Source: Eledone cirrhosa
Lineage: Eukaryota
Assembly (NCBI GenBank): GCA_964016885.1
Contig: OZ024742.1
Location: forward strand, 253,208,001-253,272,000
Direction of reading: 5' to 3'
Length of the DNA: 64,000 nt
Positions 54,561-64,000 of this stretch are shown piece by piece (position 1 is the first letter of the stretch; every line of letters starts with the position of its first letter). Below the pieces are notes generated by a model. The model worked only from the letters and a program-made list of their open reading frames with translations. It did no database searches and was not told the origin of the DNA. A program made the translations under genes and the position numbers.

Positions 54561-54828
54561 GTTGTGTTGTGGTTGATTAGGTCTGTACTAATCTTGTCTT
54601 TGAAGTCACTCACAATCTAAAAGGGCCTGATTGTAATATGGCACATCCTGATTGAACATATCATTGGAAGTTATACTATTGAGAATCTACGACTTACATT
54701 AGAAACTAAGTATTTAATAGCTGTGTGGGGTGGCTGGATCCTCTGTTAATATATTCCAACCTTTCATTATGTAAATGGTATGGTTTATACAAAGCTGTGG
54801 TTAGGTCCACGTTAACATACACACACAC

Positions 54829-54868
<40 letters not shown>

Positions 54869-55530
54869 GTATATATATAGAGAGAAAAACAGAGAGAGAA
54901 AGAGGGGGGTGATAGATAATAGATGTTGATATAAATATACATACATATATGCATAGGCACACACACACACAGATACACAGACGCACATACACATAACGTA
55001 TCCACTGAGGTCTTGTATATAACTTTTGATATCCATCAATAATGCAGTAATGATTAAAGGAGGGAGACAAAAATTATATGGAAAGTAATTTGCTATAAAA
55101 TCCTCAATTAACTTATTTGATACCATTTTTCGTTGTATCCTCCCATGGGATACAAACAGCCATTATTGCTTTATAATCAATGTTTTCCATTAGAAACATT
55201 ATCATGACATAATGTGCATTTTCCCTCGCTTTATGTCTCTCACGATTTATATAATGTTGTTAGCTATTAGTTCCACTCTATATGTTATCCTACTTTTTCT
55301 TTTACACTTTTACAGGTTTCATTCATTAGACTGTAGCCAAGCTGAAATACTGCCTTGATTTAGTCCATCATATTGACTCTAGTATTTATATACTTTGCAA
55401 GTTGGAAACTTATTTTTTATCAATCTCTTTTTCGTCAAATTGCTAAGTTACAAAGACATTAACTACAGACAGACACATACATCCCACACACATATGCATA
55501 CATTATATATATATACATATATACACACAG

Positions 55531-55612
<82 letters not shown>

Positions 55613-55645
55613 TTAAAAGAATAGAGGTATAACACACGAGTTGTG

Positions 55646-56073
55646 ATATATTGGTAAAAGGAAAAGAAAATGCTGACAAATTGTTCCCAGTGAAAAATAG
55701 TTTAATTAGGAATAAGTGAAAATTAGTAATAAGTATTGGTTAGTATTCAGTTTTAGTTTTAAGTTTTTACCGGTTGTGCATTTCTAATGCTTTTCAAAAA
55801 TAATCTTGCGATAGAGCGCCCGTGATGTTTGCTCTAATCTGATCAGTTTTAGAAATTCTACCTGTTTTACGTGAAAAAAGTGACCCCAGAGGTATTAAAA
55901 TAAGTTTCGCGCCAATTCGTGTTGCAAAAATTATTGTGTTCAAAACAATTTTGATTGGTCGGTAGAGGTCACCTGAATGTTATAAATTGATTTTGTGCCA
56001 AATGTAGGTTTGTCGAAGAGTGTCCTTTTTCGCCTGATTGAGAAGTCACTGAAAAATAAGTCTTTTAAGACAA

Positions 56074-56109
<36 letters not shown>

Positions 56110-56520
56110 AGCAGAGTAATTAGTGGTAGAGGGATCGGTCAGTAGGAATTTGTGTACGTGTGTGGGGGATATTTTAACATGTTGAAAGATATTTTTCAGC
56201 TCTTGTCTTATACGGAGAAGTGTGTGTGTGTATATGTCTCTTTGTATGTTAGTGTATGTGTGTATATGTGTGTGTGTGTGTATATGTGTGTATGTGTGTG
56301 TGTGGGTGGGTGGGTGGAAACTGATCAGATTAGAGCAAACATCACGGGCACTCTATCGCAAAATTATTTTTGAAAAGCATTAGAAATGCGCAACCGGTAA
56401 AAACTCAAAACTAAAACTGAATACTAACCAATACTTATTACTCATTTTCACTTATTCCTAATTAAACTATTTTTCACTGGGAACACTTTGTCAGCATTTT
56501 CTTTTCCTTTTACCAATATA
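55646..56520. mobile_element. (TA)n-embedded element with ~200-bp inverted arms
   Basis: 55646-55849 versus 56318-56520. No intact hammerhead core seen. Confidence 0.75.
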
Positions 56521-56758
56521 TATATATATATATATATATATGGGATAACAAATTATCGTTATAGGTATTCCAGGTAGAGGTTGTGAATACTCTGTATTGT
56601 GGATAGTTTTAACGTACGGCGTTGTTTGACTCAGCAACAGGTTTCCTTAGTTAGGTGGCGAGTTCTTGGGAATTTCTATGCAGTATAATCTTGGAGTAAT
56701 AATAGTGAAAGAGTGAAGAATAGCATGGTCAACAGTACAAAAAGAGTTTTATTTACAG

Positions 56759-56864
56759 TATTAACAATTGTTTCATTGAATAGGGTGTCTAAAAATTGCT
56801 AATCACATGAAATTGTGTCACTCAATTTTAAATACAATGTATGCCTAATCGAATCATCGGAATA
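56759..56864 (-). ncRNA. Hammerhead-like motif, CCGAUGA core, very long stem II
   Basis: tatt CCGATGA t tcgattagg...cctattcaa t GAAA caattg T T aata. Part of the fold-back element 56542-56975. Confidence 0.6.
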
Positions 56865-56871
56865 ACTGAGT

Positions 56872-56919
56872 TATTCCGATGATTTTTAGACACCCTAATC
56901 AATGAAACAATTGTTAATA
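56872..56919 (+). ncRNA. Inverted, stem-II-shortened copy of the CCGAUGA hammerhead-like motif
   Basis: tatt CCGATGA ttt ttag acacc ctaa tcaat GAAA caattg T T aata. Confidence 0.55.
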
Positions 56920-56990
56920 CTGTAAATAAAACCCTTTTTGTACTGTTGACCATGTTATTCTTCACTCTTTCACTATATATATATTTATTT

Positions 56991-57486
56991 AGGTTTGTTG
57001 GTTCACCACTGGATAGAACAACCTCGATGTAATATTATGGAGAGCACTCAACGTAATGCTAGTCACCCGCCTTCCTTTGTGTAGTTGGTGGTGCGAGTAC
57101 GAAGTCAATTATTATAAAATAACAGGAGGCTTGACTGGTGTAATTCCATAAAAGGTTTATTATACTATGATCATTTCAATAACCGGGCTCAGTATGATTC
57201 CGGTGACATCATCAGGTATTCGAAATATAACAAAGGAATATAATAGACAAAATCCATGGGGCTGAAAATCAGAGATATGAGGGCGACCAAACATTTAGCA
57301 GCTTCTACCCCGGTCAGCCGCCCTCATGTCTCTGATTTTCAGCCCCATGGATTTTGTCTATTATATTCCTTTGTTATATTTCGAATACCTGATAATGTCA
57401 CCGGATTCATACTGAACCCGGTCATTGAACTGTTCATAGTATAATAAACCTTTTAAGGAATTACACCAGTCCAGCCTCCTGTTATT

Positions 57487-57493
<7 letters not shown>
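56991..57493. mobile_element. (TA)n-embedded fold-back element (175-bp arms)
   Basis: 57111-57285 versus 57319-57493. Confidence 0.85.
57162..57219 (-). ncRNA. Type I hammerhead ribozyme
   Basis: atac CTGATGA tgtc accgg aatcatactgagc ccggt tatt GAAA tgatca T A gtat. The opposite arm (about 57385-57442) has core mutations CTGATAA and GAAC. Confidence 0.8.
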
Positions 57494-57552
<59 letters not shown>

Positions 57553-57593
57553 AATATATATATATAGCTGTGTATATATATATATATATATAG

Positions 57594-57652
<59 letters not shown>

Positions 57653-57671
57653 AATATATATATATATATAG

Positions 57672-57839
<168 letters not shown>

Positions 57840-57859
57840 CTGTATATATATATATATAT

Positions 57860-58014
<155 letters not shown>

Positions 58015-58059
58015 GTGACGAAACATAAGTCAATTGCATGAACTCATAATCCTTTATTT

Positions 58060-58115
58060 ACTGCTATATATATTTCGATGATAGCAATTGAATGGCTATG
58101 ACCTCATCAGGCAGT
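58060..58115 (-). ncRNA. Type I hammerhead ribozyme
   Basis: actgc CTGATGA ggt c atagc cattcaatt gctat c atc GAAA tatata T A gcagt. Confidence 0.85.
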
Positions 58116-58447
58116 TAGTCAGTTCTTAGATATGTCAGCTCTGTGTTTATAGTATTGATGGTATCAGAGCCTTGGGACATATATTTATATAAATGGAAAA
58201 GAATGAAACAAAATTTCATTTCTCACTCTTAGTACGGCTGATACTTAAATGTACGTACATACATATATGTATACAGACGTACAGTAGTATGTATATATAT
58301 ACATACATGCACACATATATATATGTACGTATGGGTTTACCGAACATTTATTATAATGTTCAGTTTGTTTGTAAACAAACACCCCGAATTACGCCGTACA
58401 GTGTTCAGGCAACCATCGTCGCCTTTTTGTCCAACACTGACACAGGA

Positions 58448-58490
58448 ACGATGTACTAGTTTCAAGCTTATTAGCTATCGTCAGCATCGT
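58448..58490 (-). ncRNA. Minimal type I hammerhead ribozyme
   Basis: acgatg CTGACGA t agct aata agct t GAAA ctag T A catcgt. Palindrome ACTAGT. Confidence 0.88.
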
Positions 58491-59069
58491 ATACCTTCCT
58501 GCCAGATGATTGAACGTCTGAAAGTATATACTTTCCTTATGCATATTAACGACTGAACGGCCTAATTTGCATATCGAGTGAGTTAATCGGCCGGGCACAC
58601 CGAAAACGATAAATGGAAAAGAATGAAACGAAATTTCATTTCTCACTCTTAGTACGACTGATACTTAAATGTAAGTATGTATGTATACGTACATACATAT
58701 ATGTATACAGACGTACAGTACTATGTATATATATACATACATGCACACATATATATATGTACGTATGGGTTTACCGAACATTTATTATAATGTTCGGTTT
58801 GTTTGTAAACAAACAGCCCGTATGTATGTATATACATACTACTGTACGTCTGTATACATATATGTATGTACGTATACATACATACTTACATTTAAGTATC
58901 AGTCGCACTAAGAGTGAAAAATGAAATTTCGTTTCATTCTTTTCCATTTATCGTTTTCGCTGCGCCCGGCCGAATAACTCACTCGATATGCAAATTAGGC
59001 TGCTCAGCCGTTAATATGCATAAGGAAAGTATATACTTTCAGACGTTCAATCATCTGGCAGGAAGGTAT

Positions 59070-59112
59070 ACAATGCTGACGATAGCTAATATGCTTGAAA
59101 CTAGTACATTGT
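59070..59112 (+). ncRNA. Minimal type I hammerhead ribozyme (inverted copy)
   Basis: acaatg CTGACGA t agc taatat gct t GAAA ctag T A cattgt. Confidence 0.85.
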
Positions 59113-59350
59113 TCCTGTGTCAGTGTTGAACAAAAAGGAGACGATGGTTGCCTGAACACTGTACGGCGTAATTCGGGCTGTTTGTTTACAAACAAACCGA
59201 ACATTATAATAAATGTTCGGTAAAACCATACGTACATATATATATATATATGTGTGTGCATGTATGTATATATATACATACTACTGTACGTCTGTATACA
59301 TATATGTATGTACGTATACATACATACTTACATATATATATATATATGAA

Positions 59351-60919
59351 TAAAAAAATAAAGGAGGCCTGGAGATGTCATTATGAGAGACTGAGGAATG
59401 TGGAAAATGAATGGGAGAGAGAGAAATTACCCTAAGTAGATCCGACAGAGTGACCAGCTATTGAGATTGATGAATATAGGGTCCAAGAGGTGATTAAGGA
59501 AATGAAAAATGGTAAGGTCGCTGGACCATCGGGGATAGTTGCTGAGATGCTGAAGGCATCAGGGGACGTAGGAACTAAACTGGTTGCACGCATCATCAAT
59601 CAGGCTATATATGGCGGTGTCATACCCAGAGACTGGTGAAGCAGTATTCTCATAAATTGCTACAAAGGTAAAATGATGAGGAGCAATTATAGGGGTATAA
59701 AACTGATGGATCAGATTATGAAAGTGGCAGAAAGGATATTAGCGCAACTAATTAGAGAAAGGGTCAAACTAGATGAGATGCAGTTTGGTTTTGTGCCTGC
59801 GGAAAGTACAACCGATGCCCTCTTCTTAGTGAGACATTTACAAGAGAGGTTCTTAGAGAAGAATAAGCTACTATATTTAGCTTTTGTTGACCTAGAGAAG
59901 GCCTTTGATAGGGTACCCCGATCTGTCATCTGGTGGTCCCTAAGGAAGCTAGGTGGTGAGGAATGGCTTGTGAGGCGTGTGCAAGTTATGTACAGAGGTG
60001 CTGTTAGTAAAGTGAGGGCTGGAATGGAGTTTACTGAGGAATTCCAGATAGAAGTAGGAGTACATTAGGGTTTGGTCCTCAGCCCACTCTTGTTCATTAT
60101 AGTCCTCCAAGCCATAACAGTAGTTTAAGACTGGCTGCCCATGGGAACTTCTCTATGCTGACGATCTGGTTCTTATAGCAGAATCAGTAGAGGAGCGAGA
60201 GAATAAATTCTGGCTATGGAAACAGCAGTTGGAATCAAGAGGACTGAGAGTGAACCGAGCTAAGACAAAAGTGTTGATGAGTAGAAAAGAGGACAAAACT
60301 CAATTCCGTCAGGGAAATGGCCTTGTTCCATATGCAGAAAAGGAACTGGCATAGTATCTAGAATAAGGATGGGTTGGAAGAAGTTTAGGGAGCTGCTTCC
60401 TCTGCTGACAAAGAAGGGTTTCTCCCTGCATACGAAAGGCCGGTTATATGATGCCTGTGTGAGTTGCGCGATGCTGCATGGTAGTGAGACATGGACAGCA
60501 ACTGCAGAGGATATGCGACGACTGGAGAGAAATGAGGCAAGCATGCTCCGTTAGATGTGCAATGTCAATGTGCTTGAACGGCCAAGCATGGATGTGTTGA
60601 GAGAGAAACTGGGTATAAGAGGGATAAATTGTTGTGTGCGGGAGAGGAGACTGTGATGGTATAGACATGTGATGCGCATGGAGGATGACCGATGGAGGAA
60701 GAAGTGCCAAGAAATGCCAGTTGAAAGAAGACGTAGTAGAGGAAGACCTCGAAAAACATGGGCGGAGGTGGTGAGAGTAGACCTCAGATCGCTGAATCTC
60801 ACGGTGGAGATGACGAAGGACCATGATAAGTGGAGAGATGCTGTGCTGAATAGCACCCGTCCTACCCTTGCAAGCAGGGAAAAGCGGATATAAAATGATG
60901 ATGATGATGATGATGATGA
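59351..60919 (+). mobile_element. 5'-truncated, disrupted RTE-clade LINE with (GAT)n tail
   Basis: NYRGIKLMD, QFGF, STTDALF, AFVDLEKAFDRVPR, LLYADDLVL, GWKKFRELLPLL, RGRPRKTW. Confidence 0.9.
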
Positions 60920-61589
60920 ATATATTGTGTTATAAATATTGACTAACCGGTGTTGCGTTTGTAACACTCCAGTCAATAAATAATTATGTAATTAGGATCG
61001 AGCACCCAATGTCATATGTATCCTTCTATATCTATATCTATCTAACTATCTCCCACCCTCCCTCTCTTTTTATCTATGTATATATATATACATATATATA
61101 TGTGTGTGTGTGTGCATGTGTGTGTGTGTGTGTGTTTGTGTGTCTGTGTGTATCTATTTTTTGTATGTGTGTGTATATATCTCCTTCTCTTCATTGCCCA
61201 CTTATAGGGTTGTAGGGGAGGTCCTGTCAAAAGTAACTATCTCCAATTGATCCAGCTGCATCTCTATGTGAGAACAACTGAAGTCATGAATGTTATCCAA
61301 CCATCTTGCTCGGGTCTACCCCCGAGTCTCCTGCGAGCTGGTTTTGCACATAAAATCTTCCCAGGAATTCTTTTCTGAGACACTCTAACCACATGTCCAT
61401 AATATTGGAGCTCTGATCTCTCAAGTCAGAAAAATAGTCTCTCTAACTGCAGTGATTCTCTGATTGCCAAGCTATGCACTCTATCGAGTAATGTTTCCCC
61501 ATTTTTCACCACCATTGCTCTTTTTGATTGCTATGATCCCACTATCAATAGTCTTATGGGATACATATATTGGCCATCAGATAGAAAAC

Positions 61590-63250
61590 AGAGAACCTAA
61601 GATCAATAATCTACTTTTCATTCCTTGGCAGGAATGAATTTCAGGTTGACTCACTAGTTAAAACTGTCCACTGGTGTTGTGAGGACATTGGGATGGAGTT
61701 TGGTATTGCAAAGTGTGCCACCGTGACTATGAAGAGAGGGAGGCATGTACATAGTGATGGGATTGAGTTACCTGATGAAGAGTCGATTGGTGACCCTGAG
61801 GAGAGTGGGTAAAAATATCTGAAAGGAAATGTGAAGGAAGTTTCTCTAGATAGGTTAAAACTGCTACCAAAAATGAAATTAAATGAAGAACTTAAATACT
61901 GCTATCAATGTCTGGGCTGCGCCAGTTATTAGATATAATGTGGCTATTTTGAATTGGACCAAAGAATAGATAAAGTTGGATAGGCTAACACAAAAGAAAG
62001 TGGTTGACAATAGTGCGTTTCACCGAAAAGCAAATGTCATAGGGCTATGTACACCATGGAACAGAGGATGTCAAGGACTTGCAAGTGTAAAAGATTGCAT
62101 CGCTAATAAATGCAGGTCCTTAGGCTCGTATTAGACTAGCAGTTAAGAAGAACTTTAAGGTATGTTGCCAAAAGCAGATACCTATGCATTGAAACTATTG
62201 AAAGTAAAGAAAATTACAAACAGAGGTTACTGGCTGAGAAACTGAGTACAAGGAAGAGTATGGAATTACATGGTCAATTTGAAAGAGAAATGAAGGAAGT
62301 AAAAATAGAATCTTCATGGAATTACTTGACAAACGTTGATCTTAAGAGAGAGACAGAAAGTTAATTAATAGCTCCTGAAGATCAAGCTCTAAACACAAAC
62401 GTGATAAGGAATATGTATAACCCAGATGAAACAAATAAATGTAGGTTATGTGGGAAGAAGGTGGAAAGTCTGACACACATTGTGGGTGCCTGTGACATGT
62501 TTGCGCAGAGGTAATATAAAAGGTAATATAATTGTTTCTACTTTTGGTACAAAGCCAGCAATTATCCCAGTGTATTATTGGTGCTTTATTTGATCGAATC
62601 TGTAAGGATGAAAGGCAAAGCTAACCTCGGCGAGAATTGAACTCAGACCATAAAGGGCCGTAACTCTTTGCTGCAAAGCATTGCATCAAACCCTCTACCG
62701 ATACTGCCAATCCACCGTGTGCTTACACCTCCATTGGTCTTTATGTAAAGAATATGGGTTTGCAACCACTGAGAAATGGTATCAGCACAAACAAGAGAAG
62801 GCCCTTAAAAATCAGATTGAAACACTTGTGGGATTTTACAACCCACACAGATAGAGTTCTTGAAAATACAAAGCTAGGCATAACTTTGGTGGAGAAAGGT
62901 ACTGAAAAAGGTGTTTGTTGATTGATATAGCTTTCCCAGGAAACCATTATATCATTGATAAAGAACACAAGAAAATATAAACTTGAGAATAGATGTCAAG
63001 AGAATGTGGAATAGGAAAGCAAGAGTGGTACTAATTTTGATTGGAGCACTTGGGTCGGTGACAGAAAACCTCCGGAAAAACCCTGAGAGAATTTGCGTTA
63101 TGACATTGAAAAAAAACACCACCTGTGGGAACAGAAAATATCCTACAGAAAGTACTGTCTATCTGAGGTTACATAACTAGATAGGGGGCCAATTAAATGA
63201 TCCAGTGTTAATAAGATCATCACTGTGCAAATGATTAATAATAATAATAG
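61590..63250 (+). mobile_element. Decayed R4/Dong-like LINE 3' half, interrupted by a SINE
   Basis: DIGMEFGIAKCA, LHGQF, DLKRETES, CRLCGKKVESLTHIVGAC and ILIGALG remnants; (AAT)n end. Confidence 0.7.
62530..62717 (-). mobile_element. SINE family B
   Basis: Reverse complement matches 45375-45560. Confidence 0.8.
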
Positions 63251-63299
<49 letters not shown>

Positions 63300-63411
63300 G
63301 TTATGATTATTAATTAATAAGTAAGATAAATATTTTATAAATAAGGAGTAATTGTGGTTAGTCAGTGTAGGTATGCACTTACTAGTGGGTTTGTATGTGT
63401 TTATATATGCA

Positions 63412-63470
63412 TAAGGGTGAAAGCAGATTTTGTTTGCTTAAACTTTTAATCTGTGTTAATAAATATTTGC
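63412..63470 (+). other. Diverged 3' half of the CAGAAGA-family hammerhead motif
   Basis: aagggt GAAA gcaga ttttg tttgc T T aaac ttttaatctgt. The stem III loop differs while pairing is kept. Confidence 0.55.
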
Positions 63471-64000
63471 TGTAAAGGTTTATTGACACACACACACACA
63501 CATACACACACACACACACATATATATAATATATATATATATAATTTATATTTACTTCTTTGCAATTTTTTTTACAGCTAAAATTTGTATGTTGTGCCTT
63601 TCTGTTCTTTTCTGCCTCCACGAAGAACGTCGATAAATTGAAAAGTTGTGGAAAGTAATTCAAATATTCGCTTCAGTGGGTGATTTATTCACTAGTATGG
63701 TGCCTGAAGCAAAAGGTGACAGTTTTTCAGTGAACAGAAAGCATGGCTACTTTGCTAGAATTCTTTCGTTCCACTTGAAATGAGGATCGATGAAATAAAT
63801 GGCTACTCCAAGCTGGAAACACTGAGATGACTTCCGCTGGTTACATATGTCAAGTATTTCTATATTGCACAGTTTCCTGCACTGTTCAACAGTGTTTAAT
63901 GTATTTAGAATGATGCTTATACATCTTATATATATATGTATGTGTACATATGTGTGTGCAAGTATGCCCGCATGTATGTATGCATGTATGTGTCTGTTTA

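Larger units (their letters stand above)
58189..59335. mobile_element. ~420-bp-unit hammerhead element: 1.5 tandem units then an inverted copy
   Basis: aaatggaaaagaatgaaac at 58191 and 58611 (period 420). Sequence inverts from about 58819. Confidence 0.85.

Noticed and set aside
55646-56520. Hammerhead in the inverted arms (GAAATGCGCA)
   Set aside because: No matching CUGANGA with a stem I partner; kept only as an inverted-repeat element.

Overview
AT-rich, microsatellite-dense eukaryotic (metazoan) DNA with no recognisable host gene. The SINE and LINE families look like those of an octopus-type cephalopod (inference). Most long ORFs in the track are microsatellite artefacts or decayed retroelement fragments. 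The main signal is a 10.6-kb array (18255-28947) of 34 near-identical 310-bp units. Each unit carries, on the minus strand, a type I hammerhead ribozyme with a palindromic stem III. The array sits inside a (TA)n tract and ends in a fold-back inversion, which is the architecture expected of a retrozyme-like element mobilised by a Penelope-like element (PLE). At least eight further, sequence-unrelated hammerhead families occur in (TA)n-embedded, often fold-back elements, some with non-canonical cores (CAGAAGA, CCGAUGA). One of them is physically linked to a PLE GIY-YIG C-terminus. The window also holds a near full-length R4/Dong-like LINE in (AAT)n, Tx1-like LINEs in (ATT)n and (TATC)n, RTE LINE fragments sharing 3' ends with tRNA-derived SINEs, a 48-bp minisatellite and a GGT-based higher-order repeat. 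All structures were read by eye; none were computed or searched.
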